Assembly (NCBI GenBank): GCA_037137395.1
Contig: JBAXKK010000001.1
Coordinates: 1 to 64,000, forward strand
DNA from: Elusimicrobiota bacterium
GTDB taxonomy: Bacteria > Elusimicrobiota > Elusimicrobia > Elusimicrobiales > UBA9959
DNA: 64,000 bases
Direction of reading: 5' to 3'
Shown: positions 1 to 8,797 of the stretch, in pieces
Layout of the letters: each line of letters opens with the position of its first letter
How positions within the stretch are numbered: position 1 is the stretch's first letter
Position numbers and translations under genes: made by a program
Notes under the pieces: generated by a model
Told to the model about the DNA's origin: nothing
Seen by the model: only the letters and a program-made list of their open reading frames with translations
The model's database searches: none

Positions 1-55
1 ACCCATGATCTCTGCCTTGAGAGGGCAGCGTCCTAGACCACTAGACGAACAGGCC
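1..55 (-). tRNA. tRNA-Glu (anticodon CTC), 3' part runs off the window
   Basis: Reverse complement GGCCTGTTCGTCTAGTGGTCTAGGACGCTGCCCTCTCAAGGCAGAGATCATGGGT: D-arm, anticodon stem CTGCC/GGCAG with loop CT-CTC-AA, start of T-arm. Confidence 0.93.
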
Positions 56-65
56 GTACAAACAA

Positions 66-74
66 ATTATAGCA
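66..74 (-). promoter_or_regulatory. Extended -10 promoter (TGC-TATAAT) for tRNA-Glu
   Basis: Minus strand TGCTATAAT 10 nt upstream of the tRNA 5' end. Confidence 0.6.
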
Positions 75-86
75 AAAGGCCGGGGG

Positions 87-1184
87 TTAAAAAATCAGTT
101 TTACGGAGAACTGGTAGTTCATGGATGAGCGTGTAACGCTGTCTTTGTATCGTGTTTCCAACGAGGCGATCTCAAGACCGGTTTCCACGCAATCGTCAAA
201 TTTTACAACCGCGTTGACGAGCGCGGTGGCGTTTCTGCTCCTGCCATTCTGGGCTACTTTTGAATTATCCGGATCGTCTACGCCGTAGATCGTATTGAAC
301 CATAGCGTGTCCCTGGGCTTGTATTTCAGAGCCAGGTATCCGCCGCTGGACCGCACAGCCTTATCCCCATAACCAGTGTTGCCTAGCCCGCCGAGGAAGT
401 CTGAGAGGTTGCGCCCCGTCCAGGCCTCGCCGTACATTGTGAAACCCGAATACGGTATATTAAAAGCCGCCACCACCGCGGACACATCGGCGTTTTTATG
501 CGTTGAAGTGCTTTTCCAGACGCCGGAGGCCCCGGCCAGGCTTACCTTGGCCTTGTCCAACTCCTTTTCTATCTTTCCCTGCAGGCCAGGAAGAGCCGAG
601 AGCGTGCCTTCGGCGTCCGTGAGTTTGGCTGTGGGTCGGACTATGGCGGCGATAAATTTCAACTTTTCTACGGGCCTGTATGTGGCGCGCAACTGCGGTG
701 CCCTGGACCATAGGGCGCCGGAATTACCCAGGAAGTAGTCGTTAAATGTTTCCGGTATATCGGCAGTCAGCGGATAGAAGGTCTGACCGGCCAGGAACTC
801 TGTTTTGCCGGCGGTCATTGTGACGTATGCGTGCCGCAGGCGCAGGTCGGCTGTCGTCCCCGCCGCGCCGGCCAGGCTGTCAGTAAGGCCCAGAAAATCC
901 GCCTCTATCTTGCCGGCCACATTGGCGCCATTGCTAATATCAAAGCCTAAGCGCGTGCCCCTGGAGGAAACCCTGAAGGCTCTGTCCTTGCGGCCGCCGG
1001 ATGTATAGATGCGATACTCGTTGGTTGAGATGCCGTGGTCGGAGTATATAAAATCGGTCTTTACAGAACCATAGATATTTAATTTGTATTTAGAGCCCAT
1101 CTCAGCCGAAGCCGGCAGCGCGGACATCGCCAGCAGAAGACAGGCGCGGAGCAGATTGGTTTTCACTTTACTCGTCATTTGCAT
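87..1184 (-). CDS. DcaP-like outer-membrane beta-barrel porin (start uncertain)
   Basis: Signal peptide; YGSVKTD, TRLGF, KIEADF, LRLRHAY, AGQT and RAPQLR motifs typical of DcaP-like porins; C-terminal Phe. Confidence 0.75.
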   Translation of the reverse strand: MQMTSKVKTNLLRACLLLAMSALPASAEMGSKYKLNIYGSVKTDFIYSDHGISTNEYRIYTSGGRKDRAFRVSSRGTRLGFDISNGANVAGKIEADFLGLTDSLAGAAGTTADLRLRHAYVTMTAGKTEFLAGQTFYPLTADIPETFNDYFLGNSGALWSRAPQLRATYRPVEKLKFIAAIVRPTAKLTDAEGTLSALPGLQGKIEKELDKAKVSLAGASGVWKSTSTHKNADVSAVVAAFNIPYSGFTMYGEAWTGRNLSDFLGGLGNTGYGDKAVRSSGGYLALKYKPRDTLWFNTIYGVDDPDNSKVAQNGRSRNATALVNAVVKFDDCVETGLEIASLETRYKDSVTRSSMNYQFSVKLIF

Positions 1185-1246
1185 TTCGGGAACCCCGAAG
1201 AAAAGTTTTTTTGGAGGAATCAAAAAAAGCGGTTAAAATTAAAATT

Positions 1247-1318
1247 AGCCGACTATCGGATTTGAACCGATGACCTGCTGTTTACAAAACAGCTGCTCTA
1301 CCGCTGAGCTAAGTCGGC
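1247..1318 (-). tRNA. tRNA-Thr (anticodon TGT), CCA not encoded
   Basis: GCCGACTTAGCTCAGCGGTAGAGCAGCTGTTTTGTAAACAGCAGGTCATCGGTTCAAATCCGATAGTCGGCT folds as a cloverleaf. Confidence 0.96.
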
Positions 1319-1350
1319 ATTGTTTACAGACAATTCTACAATATTTAAGG

Positions 1351-1392
1351 AAAAGGTGTCAGGCTGCTTTTTCAACAAAGCGGCCTGACACC
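1351..1392 (-). terminator. Intrinsic terminator after the 1414-2022 gene
   Basis: Inverted repeat GGTGTCAGGCTGCTTT / AAAGCGGCCTGACACC followed on the minus strand by TTTT. Confidence 0.7.
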
Positions 1393-1413
1393 CGGTGTGG
1401 ATTGCTGACAATG

Positions 1414-2022
1414 TTATTTAGAGAGCTGCTCGTATAGGTACGTCATCATTAATAGCGACATCGCCTGATATTCCGCGGCAGAGCCGTTGCCGGAAAGCGC
1501 GAAAAGGCCCTTTTCCTTATTAATTGTGGTTAAAGCTAAATTGCCCAATCCATTAGGGCCTTTGAGTCTAATGGTATTTCCGGACTGCACCACAGGCAGG
1601 TATTCCTCCTGAGTGCCAGAAATATTGAGCGTTATGCGGGTAAGCCCGGCGCTAATAAGCATGCTGCCGGTATCAGCCGTTATGCGGAGGGTGCCCTGTT
1701 TTGCGACAAGTCTTGCGTTAATTGTTTTCTCTCCTGGTATCTTAATGGTGCCGCGGTACACGACAAATCCAGACCCCGCAGTAGCGGCCGAATCATTTGT
1801 GACCAGTTGAAGTGTCACGGTCGGAAGTCCATTCCCGCCAATCATGCCGCTGGCTCCTTCAACAGAGGGGTTATAACCCCAAAACTCCGCGTAGGCCTTA
1901 ACTACAGGAATATCAATCCGTACGCCATCACCGGCGGCGGTATTTAATTCCTTTAACGCGCCGGCGCTAGCACAGGACGCGAGTAACAGCAGGCTAAAAA
2001 TAGCATTCATGATTGTTTTCAT
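1414..2022 (-). CDS. Secreted hypothetical protein
   Basis: 202-aa ORF with hydrophobic signal peptide (ASA cleavage site, or LASC lipobox); GGAG RBS. Confidence 0.7.
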   Translation of the reverse strand: MKTIMNAIFSLLLLASCASAGALKELNTAAGDGVRIDIPVVKAYAEFWGYNPSVEGASGMIGGNGLPTVTLQLVTNDSAATAGSGFVVYRGTIKIPGEKTINARLVAKQGTLRITADTGSMLISAGLTRITLNISGTQEEYLPVVQSGNTIRLKGPNGLGNLALTTINKEKGLFALSGNGSAAEYQAMSLLMMTYLYEQLSK

Positions 2023-2077
2023 TTTTTTCTCCCAGATATCGGTTCAACCCCAGCAAACTGCTTTCGTGCTAATCATA

Positions 2078-2120
2078 AGTTTAGTTTACTTTCGCTTTGC
2101 CCGTCTAAGGCAAAAGACCT
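2078..2120 (-). promoter_or_regulatory. Putative activator-dependent promoter: palindrome AGGCA-AAA-GACCT, 24 nt, then TAAACT -10
   Basis: Same layout and spacing as 35480-35522. Confidence 0.45.
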
Positions 2121-2241
2121 GATTAAAAAACACTTTTAGGCCTATGCGGGCATAGTCCTTTCGGGAAGCGTTATGGGAGAGAGTATTACCTAAATATCGC
2201 TTTAGGGATTATCGCAAATAATTTATAATAGAGTTCACGAT

Positions 2242-3471
2242 ATGAAATGCGTAAAATGCGGCGGTGAAAACAGGTCAGATGCCAGGCTCTGCGAGCTTTG
2301 CGGCGCCCCTGTGGCCGGGAGTATGGCTAAAAACCTGGCGCTGGCCGCCGCGGGTCTGGCGCTGCTTGGCGCGCTTGGCTGGGGAGGCTATGCGGTTTGG
2401 TATAGGAGGGTAATGCCCGAACGGACGCAAAAGGCTATAACAGAAAGCGCGCAATTGGCGGGATTGCTTAAAAAAGCGGATGGCTCATTTAAAAACAATA
2501 CGGAATTTGAACAGGTAAAGAGGCTTAACGCCCGCGCCGAATCACTGCGTTACTCCGGGGATTATAAAAACGCCCTCATAGCCGCAGGGCAGTCCCGCGC
2601 GCTGGGCCTTGCCGCGAAGAAAAAAATAGAGATTAAAAACAGCGCGCTTTGCGCGAGCCTGCTGACAGAAGCGGAGGATCATTTAAATTCCGGTCAATGT
2701 GTCGCCGCGGCCGTCGCCTATGGCAAAGTTTTGAGGCTTAAACCCTCGGAGGAGACCGCATCCAGGCAAACTGATGTCGCGCTTGGTTTAGCCGGATGCA
2801 GGGAAGAGTTGAAAAAGGTGGCATTAATACCGGCCGGCGAGTTTCAAATGGGGGCGACTGACGGTGAGGGGGAATCAGGCGAGAATCCCCGACACAGGGT
2901 CCGCCTTGACGCCTATTACATTGATAAGTATGAAGTAACAGCGGGGCAGTATAAAAAATTTGCCAAAGCTACAGGCCGGGCTGAGCGCGAGTTGGAAAAC
3001 CCAAATGCGGACCGCCAGCCCGCGGTGAATGTGAACTGGTACGACGCCGCCGCCTATTGTCAATGGACCGGCGGCCGCCTGCCTACGGAAGCGGAATGGG
3101 AAAAAGCCGCGCGCGGGCGGACGAACACAAAATATAATTTTGGCGTCAATGAGCGCATGATTGACAAGTACGTCTGGTACGATGGGAATTCAGACAACCA
3201 GCCGCATCCCGTGGGACAGAAGAAGCCGAACCAGTATGGTTTATATGATATACACGGCAATGTGTGGGAATGGGTGGCTGACTGGTACGATGAAAATTAT
3301 TATAAAAAAAGCCCTAAAAATAATCCGAAAGGGCCTGATTCCGGGCTGCTGCGCGGCCTGCGGGGCGGGTCATGGAGCAATTTTCCTGACGACCTGCGTG
3401 CGGCTCTGCGCAGCAGAGATAACCCCGGCAGCCGGAGTTTGAATTACGGTTTCCGTTGCGTGGTTCCTTAG
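2242..3471 (+). CDS. Zinc-ribbon + TM + formylglycine-generating-enzyme (FGE-sulfatase) family domain protein
   Basis: CxxC..CxxC N-terminus, TM helix, FQMG, YEVT, RLPTEAEWEKAARG, GNVWEW, RGGSW, GFRC. Confidence 0.9.
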   Translation: MKCVKCGGENRSDARLCELCGAPVAGSMAKNLALAAAGLALLGALGWGGYAVWYRRVMPERTQKAITESAQLAGLLKKADGSFKNNTEFEQVKRLNARAESLRYSGDYKNALIAAGQSRALGLAAKKKIEIKNSALCASLLTEAEDHLNSGQCVAAAVAYGKVLRLKPSEETASRQTDVALGLAGCREELKKVALIPAGEFQMGATDGEGESGENPRHRVRLDAYYIDKYEVTAGQYKKFAKATGRAERELENPNADRQPAVNVNWYDAAAYCQWTGGRLPTEAEWEKAARGRTNTKYNFGVNERMIDKYVWYDGNSDNQPHPVGQKKPNQYGLYDIHGNVWEWVADWYDENYYKKSPKNNPKGPDSGLLRGLRGGSWSNFPDDLRAALRSRDNPGSRSLNYGFRCVVP

Positions 3472-3497
3472 GGATGTGCGGGGGGTGGGTGCTGACG

Positions 3498-3526
3498 AAC
3501 CGGAGGTTTTACCCTCCGGTTTTTTT
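3498..3526 (+). terminator. Intrinsic terminator overlapping the aroA 3' end
   Basis: AACCGGAGG/CCTCCGGTT 9-bp stem followed by a T run. Confidence 0.65.
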
Positions 3527-4780
3527 ACAAAAAACTTTTTTAAAATCAGTGAAGAAGGCCGGATAGGATTTGTTTACGCAGTCCGGACCTTTTATTTTCA
3601 CAGGTTTGGCCGCTAGCAGGCCGGCTACCGCGGCCGCCATGGCCACGCGGTGGTCGTTAAATGTCTCGGCCGGTTTTCCGCCCAGGATGCGCTGGTTCCC
3701 CTTGATGATAAGACTGTCTTTTCCGATTTCGGCCTTCAGGCCGAGAGTCTTGAACAGCGCCAGAGTTGTTTTCAGCCGGTCAGATTCCTTGTGACGCAGT
3801 TCACCCAGGCCGCTTATGACGGTGACGCTTTGGGCGCCGGAGGCTGCCAGGGCCAGCAGCGGCAGTTCGTCTATCATGGACGGGACCTCATCCGGGCGTA
3901 TCCTTACGCCCCTTAGGTCGGAGCCGTAGACTATTATCTCCCCTTCCGGTTCCAGGGCGGCGGCCGCGGGTTTCACCGTTATTCTGGCGCCCATGGCTTT
4001 AAGCGCGCTTATCAGACCCGTGCGGCCAGGGTTTAAACCGACCCCTTTTATTATAAGTTTGAAGCCCGGCAGCAGGCAGGCCGCCACTATGAACGGCGCG
4101 GCCGCCGAAATATCTCCCGGAACTTTTATATTCTTCGCGGTTAATCGCCCCGGCCTTAAATAAAGGTTCAGTCCGCTTGATGAGATGCGCGCGCCCAGAT
4201 GTTTAAGCATTCGCTCCGTATGGTCGCGGGTGGACAGCCGCTCCGTGATGGACGTTGGTCCTTCCGCGTAAAGGGCTGCCAGCAGTATGGCTGATTTAAC
4301 CTGCGCGCTGACGACCGAAAGTTTATGGTTTGTTCCGATCAGCCCGGACCCCCGGATGGTTAGCGGCGCCCGGCCTCCCGAGGAGCTTATTTTAGCGCCC
4401 ATGGCCGCAAGCGGGTCAGCGACGCGGGCCATAGGCCTTTTTAACAGCGAGCCCTTTCCGGTCAGAATAGAATCGAATTCCTGTCCGGCCAGTAGGCCCG
4501 CCAGCATGCGCAGGGTTGTCCCCGACTCGCCGGAGCTAAGGGGGCCAGAAGGTTTTCTCAGGCCGCGCAGTCCGACGCCTTTGATCGTAAGTTTGCCGGG
4601 AGAGGCCGAGATTTTCACTCCCATTTTTTTCAGGCAGGCGGAGGTCGCGGTCGTATCCGCGCAGATGGACGGGCTTGATATAACGGTGGAGCCTTCGGCG
4701 ACGGCGGCCAGTATAAGCGCGCGGTGGGTGATGGATTTATCCGGAGGAGGAGTGTAGGTTTTATTCTCGGCTTTTATCAT
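3509..4780 (-). CDS. aroA: 3-phosphoshikimate 1-carboxyvinyltransferase (EPSP synthase)
   Basis: DKSITHR, GESGTT, SAQVKS, RDHTE, KESDR, DHR motifs. Confidence 0.96.
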   Translation of the reverse strand: MIKAENKTYTPPPDKSITHRALILAAVAEGSTVISSPSICADTTATSACLKKMGVKISASPGKLTIKGVGLRGLRKPSGPLSSGESGTTLRMLAGLLAGQEFDSILTGKGSLLKRPMARVADPLAAMGAKISSSGGRAPLTIRGSGLIGTNHKLSVVSAQVKSAILLAALYAEGPTSITERLSTRDHTERMLKHLGARISSSGLNLYLRPGRLTAKNIKVPGDISAAAPFIVAACLLPGFKLIIKGVGLNPGRTGLISALKAMGARITVKPAAAALEPEGEIIVYGSDLRGVRIRPDEVPSMIDELPLLALAASGAQSVTVISGLGELRHKESDRLKTTLALFKTLGLKAEIGKDSLIIKGNQRILGGKPAETFNDHRVAMAAAVAGLLAAKPVKIKGPDCVNKSYPAFFTDFKKVFCKKTGG

Positions 4781-4789
4781 TTTCCCTTT

Positions 4790-5215
4790 TTATTGGCCCG
4801 CGCAGAAGTCTATGGCTTTAATATATGAGTTATGCCCCAGGCCTTTTATCTGCTTCACGCAGACGGCCGCTGTGACGGATCTCTTTCTGAAATTTTCGCG
4901 TTTTGAGATGTCTGAGAGATGTACCTCCACCGCGGGCAGTCCGGAGGCTTTTATCGCGTCCCTTATGGCGTAGCTGTAATGGGTGTAGGCGGCCGGATTT
5001 ATGATCAGCCATTCGGCCCAGGTCATGTTGGCGGCTATGAGATCGATTATGCGGCCTTCGCAGTTGGACTGGAACACGCGAACCTTCGCTTTTTTTGAGG
5101 CGGCGTGTTTTTTTATTAAGGAGTTAAGTTTTTTCAGAGTGAGACTGCCGTATATTTTCGGTTCTCTTTCCCCCAGAAAATTAAGATTGGGACCGTGGAT
5201 TATTAATATTTTCAT
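4790..5215 (-). CDS. aroQ: Type II 3-dehydroquinate dehydratase
   Basis: HGPNLNFLGEREP.IYG, NPAAYTH, VEVHLS. Confidence 0.96.
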   Translation of the reverse strand: MKILIIHGPNLNFLGEREPKIYGSLTLKKLNSLIKKHAASKKAKVRVFQSNCEGRIIDLIAANMTWAEWLIINPAAYTHYSYAIRDAIKASGLPAVEVHLSDISKRENFRKRSVTAAVCVKQIKGLGHNSYIKAIDFCAGQ

Positions 5216-5218
5216 GAT

Positions 5219-6313
5219 CTAAGCCAGCTCCCTGAGGGTTTGTCTTAAGATTCTGTCCGGGATGTTGTTGACCCCTTTAAGCACGCCGGGCCTGACTATA
5301 AGTATGAATCTGTTGGAATGGCCGGCGGATTTCTTGTCGCGCCGGACAAACATATTAAACCGCTCAAAATTCAGGCATTGGGTTTTAAGCGCCTGCGGCT
5401 CTGTAATTTGCAGAGCGGCCTGTACAGCCGGCGCCGCTTTTCGGTCCATAACTCCGAGTTTGTATGAAAGCATGGCGGCGTAACGCATGCCCCAGAGTAC
5501 CGCGTCCCCGTGGCTGAGAGAGCCATTTGAGGCGGCTTCGAAAGCATGTCCGGCGGTATGTCCGAAATTGAGAGCTTCTCTCAGGCCGGTTTCCTCTCTT
5601 TCGTCGCGGGAAACCAGATCCAGCTTAAAGATGGCGCAGGCGGAGGTTATCGCCGAGAGTTCTTCTTTTCCGCCTTTGAGGGCGGCAGGCAGGTTGCGCA
5701 AAACCACGCGGCCGGGTTTAACGGGAGCTATGAGCGCGTATTTTAGCAGTTCGCCCGCGCCGGCCCTAAGATCAGTCGCGTTTAAGCTGTCCAGGAAGAC
5801 GGTGTCGCATATGGTTAACTCCGGCTGGTAGAAAGCGCCGGCTATGTTTTTCAATCCGCCCAGATTCACGGCGGTCTTTCCGCCTATGCCGGCGTCCGCC
5901 TGCCCCAGCAAAGTGGTGGGGACGCTTACCCATTTTATCCCGCGCATGTATAGCGCAGCCGCAAGCCCGGCGAGATCTGTAACCGAGCCGCCGCCCGCCG
6001 CGATTATAATCGAGCTGCGCGACATCCCGTTTTTCAGCATGAAAGAGAGCAGCCTCTCAAGAGTTTTGAAATTCTTGGCTGCGGCGCCGTTCGGGGTTTC
6101 AAAGACCACCGTCCGGCCTGAGGCGCCTCCCAGCAGCCTGTCAAAGCCGCGCTTGAAAGCGCTGAAGCATTTGCGATCCGTGACCAGGCAGAATTTATCC
6201 GCGGCAGACAAAAGCCCTGGCGCCAGCAGCGGCAGGGGGGCGAGGCCCCGGCCGCAGATCAGCGAAACGCTCTTTGAGGATGAGAAAGTTTTATTAACGG
6301 AGATATGTTTCAT
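5219..6313 (-). CDS. aroB: 3-dehydroquinate synthase
   Basis: GGGSVTD, PTTLL, GGKTAVN, KNIAGAFYQP, LNFGHT.GHA.E. Confidence 0.95.
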   Translation of the reverse strand: MKHISVNKTFSSSKSVSLICGRGLAPLPLLAPGLLSAADKFCLVTDRKCFSAFKRGFDRLLGGASGRTVVFETPNGAAAKNFKTLERLLSFMLKNGMSRSSIIIAAGGGSVTDLAGLAAALYMRGIKWVSVPTTLLGQADAGIGGKTAVNLGGLKNIAGAFYQPELTICDTVFLDSLNATDLRAGAGELLKYALIAPVKPGRVVLRNLPAALKGGKEELSAITSACAIFKLDLVSRDEREETGLREALNFGHTAGHAFEAASNGSLSHGDAVLWGMRYAAMLSYKLGVMDRKAAPAVQAALQITEPQALKTQCLNFERFNMFVRRDKKSAGHSNRFILIVRPGVLKGVNNIPDRILRQTLRELA

Positions 6314-6824
6314 GATTGCCCAGCAGTTTGCATATTTTAACGGCCGCCGCTTCAGGCGTCAGTCCGGAGGTGTCCAGTTTTAAATCAGCTTGCTCGTAAT
6401 AGGGCCGCCTTTTTTTGAGCAGGCGCGCCAGCGCGCGCTTCGCTTGTTCCGGGCTGCCGCCGAGAAGAGGCCGGCGCGCTATATTTTTTATAAGTCTCGC
6501 ATAAAGCGCCGCCTGAGCGCACTTGAGGTATATCGTCACGCCGCTTTTTTTAAGCTTAGGCCCGCGGACGCTGGTTGGTATTATTCCGCCGCCAAGCGCT
6601 ATCACGCGTCCCCCGGAGCCGACGACCGTTTTAAAGACCGAATTCTCGGCGTCGCGGAACGCCTTCAGCCCCCGGGTTTTTATAAAGTCCCCGGCAGGCA
6701 GGCCGTAAATGTTTTTTACCAGCAGATCCGTGTCCGCGAACGGCATTCTGAGTTTTTTTGCCAGGACGCGGCCGATCGTCGTTTTGCCCGAGCCCATAAG
6801 GCCGAGGAGATAAATGTTCTTCAT
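6294..6824 (-). CDS. aroK: Shikimate kinase
   Basis: P-loop GLMGSGKTT, DTD, FR..E, GGG, RPLL. Confidence 0.95.
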   Translation of the reverse strand: MKNIYLLGLMGSGKTTIGRVLAKKLRMPFADTDLLVKNIYGLPAGDFIKTRGLKAFRDAENSVFKTVVGSGGRVIALGGGIIPTSVRGPKLKKSGVTIYLKCAQAALYARLIKNIARRPLLGGSPEQAKRALARLLKKRRPYYEQADLKLDTSGLTPEAAAVKICKLLGNHETYLR

Positions 6825-7876
6825 CTTCCGCGCAGGAGTTTCGCGGTCTGCCTGCGCCAGGCGTCCACCCGGGTCTTTATTTCCTTAAGGGAATCTCCTC
6901 CGAACTTCTCCAATACGGCGTCCGCCAGCTCAAAAGCTATGAGATGCTCGGCGATGACAGCGGCGGCAAAGACCGCCGTAATATCGGAGCGCCCGGGCGC
7001 GGCAACGGCTGTTTTCCCGGTTTTTAAATCTATGGACCGGACCGGGGAGCCCTGGCCGGGTACCGGCCGTACCGCCGCCCGCAGGACCAGCGGCATTCCG
7101 TTGGTCATTCCGCCCTCCATGCCTCCGGCCAGGTTGGTAAGCCGCTTTAGCGGGTTTCCTTTTTTATAAAAATCCAGAGCTTCTTCGCCATGCATAGCTG
7201 CCAGCTCGAAGCCGGAGCCGAACTCAACGCCTTTTACCCCGTTTAGGCCCATGAGCTGCGCGGCGAGACGGGAGGGGAGACGCCTGTCCCACTGCGCGTG
7301 AGAGCCCAGGCCCACCGGCAGATTCTCCGCCTTTACTTCCAGCACCCCGCCCAGCGAACGGCCCGACTTCGCGGCCTGCTGCAGCTCGCGCAGGATTGTG
7401 CCGGCGTCTTCGCTCCGGAGATGTCCCAGCTTTATTACGCGGCTGGTTATAGTGATATTCAATAATTCCAAAAGCCGCACGCAGAACGCGCCGAGCGCGG
7501 TGCGCACGGCCGTTTCCCGCGCGCTGGCCCTTTCACGGATCACGGCCGAAGCCGAGATGCCGTACTTCAGCATGCCGGCGAGATCAGCGTGTCCCGGCCG
7601 CGGCACGGAAGACGGATCCAATACGGCGAACTGGCTGACATTCTTCAGCATCACGGCCACGGGCGCGCCGGTGGTTGTGTTTTTATAAAGTCCGCAGGAG
7701 ATGTAGAAAGAATCTGTTTCCTGGGTCTGCCGTGAACTTCTGCCCGGCACGGTCCTGCGCCGCGCCAGGCTTTTGGCGACATAATCTTTATCTATTTTTA
7801 CGCCGGCGGGAAAGCCGTCCATGATTCCGATAAGTGCCGGGCCATGTGCTTCTCCGGCAGTAAGATATCTAAGCAT
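6821..7876 (-). CDS. aroC: Chorismate synthase
   Basis: MLRYLTAGEAHG, RPGHAD, ERASARETA, AGGMEGGMTNG; ATG at 7876 with GGAG RBS. Confidence 0.93.
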   Translation of the reverse strand: MLRYLTAGEAHGPALIGIMDGFPAGVKIDKDYVAKSLARRRTVPGRSSRQTQETDSFYISCGLYKNTTTGAPVAVMLKNVSQFAVLDPSSVPRPGHADLAGMLKYGISASAVIRERASARETAVRTALGAFCVRLLELLNITITSRVIKLGHLRSEDAGTILRELQQAAKSGRSLGGVLEVKAENLPVGLGSHAQWDRRLPSRLAAQLMGLNGVKGVEFGSGFELAAMHGEEALDFYKKGNPLKRLTNLAGGMEGGMTNGMPLVLRAAVRPVPGQGSPVRSIDLKTGKTAVAAPGRSDITAVFAAAVIAEHLIAFELADAVLEKFGGDSLKEIKTRVDAWRRQTAKLLRGR

Positions 7877-7891
7877 AAGGTTCTCCAAAGG

Positions 7892-7960
7892 ATAGTGTTA
7901 AGTGGTAGGTGTTAAGTGATAAGTGGGGGGTGACTGACCACTATTCACTATTCACTATCA
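7892..7960. repeat. Inverted heptamer tandem array (AGTGNTA units, then TTCACTA units)
   Basis: agtgtta agtggta ggtgtta agtgata ... accacta ttcacta ttcacta. Confidence 0.7.
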
Positions 7961-8797
7961 CGGCCACACTCTCTCTTCAAGGCGTGCCTTGAGGGTATCC
8001 TTTAATTTTACAATTTCGGTGGCCTTTATGCGCCGGCCGCCGTACAGCTCTGAACTTTTTAAGGCCTGGTAGATCAGGAGGTCTATGCCTGATATGACTC
8101 TGCCGGCCCGATTCTTTAAAAAGGGCGTTAAACTCCGCGCGTAGGCGAAATCCAGATAGAAAGAACCAGCGGGGCCGGAAAAACGCATATTAACGGGCAG
8201 CGGTTTATACATGCCTAACGGGGTGGCGTTCACGAAAAGAGTCGCGGCGCCAACGGGAACATCGGCTAATTTACGCGCCCTGAAAGCTGTTCGCGGGAAG
8301 ACTCCGGAAAGATATTTAACGAGGGCGGCGGCCCTGGGAAAAGAGCGGTTGTGGATGTCCACCGCTTTTGCGCCGGCTGAGCCAATCACGCAGGCGGCCG
8401 CTCTCGCGGCGCCTCCGGCCCCCCAGATGACGCAAGTTCTGGAGCGGAGCCGGCACCCGGCTTCTTTAAGAGCGAGTTTTAAGGCGCCGGCGTCGGTATT
8501 GTGGCCTTCTAATTTTCCATGCCTTATACGGACGGTGTTCACGGCCCCGATAGTTTTGGCCTCGGGGCTTAAAGAATCCAGGAAGGGGAGAATTTTTTCT
8601 TTCAGCGGCAAAGTGACATTGAAGCCGGCCCAACCGAGGGTTTTTATTTTTTTTAGGGTCCGTGCCAAGGCGGGTCCGCCGGTTTCCATGAGGGCGTAGG
8701 AATATTTCCCCCCGGGCTCGTCTGAGAAGAGCCTGAAGAGGCGCGGAGAAAAGGATTTTTTTAGAGGGCAGCCTATCAGTCCCGCTTTAATAATCAC
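7958..8797 (-). CDS. aroE: Shikimate dehydrogenase
   Basis: GFNVTLPLK, GAVNT, GHNTD, GAGGAA, NATPLGM. Confidence 0.93.
   Translation of the reverse strand: MIIKAGLIGCPLKKSFSPRLFRLFSDEPGGKYSYALMETGGPALARTLKKIKTLGWAGFNVTLPLKEKILPFLDSLSPEAKTIGAVNTVRIRHGKLEGHNTDAGALKLALKEAGCRLRSRTCVIWGAGGAARAAACVIGSAGAKAVDIHNRSFPRAAALVKYLSGVFPRTAFRARKLADVPVGAATLFVNATPLGMYKPLPVNMRFSGPAGSFYLDFAYARSLTPFLKNRAGRVISGIDLLIYQALKSSELYGGRRIKATEIVKLKDTLKARLEERVWP

Noticed and set aside
1..2022. Prophage or island integrated at the tRNAs
   Set aside because: No integrase and no duplicated tRNA 3' end found in the window.
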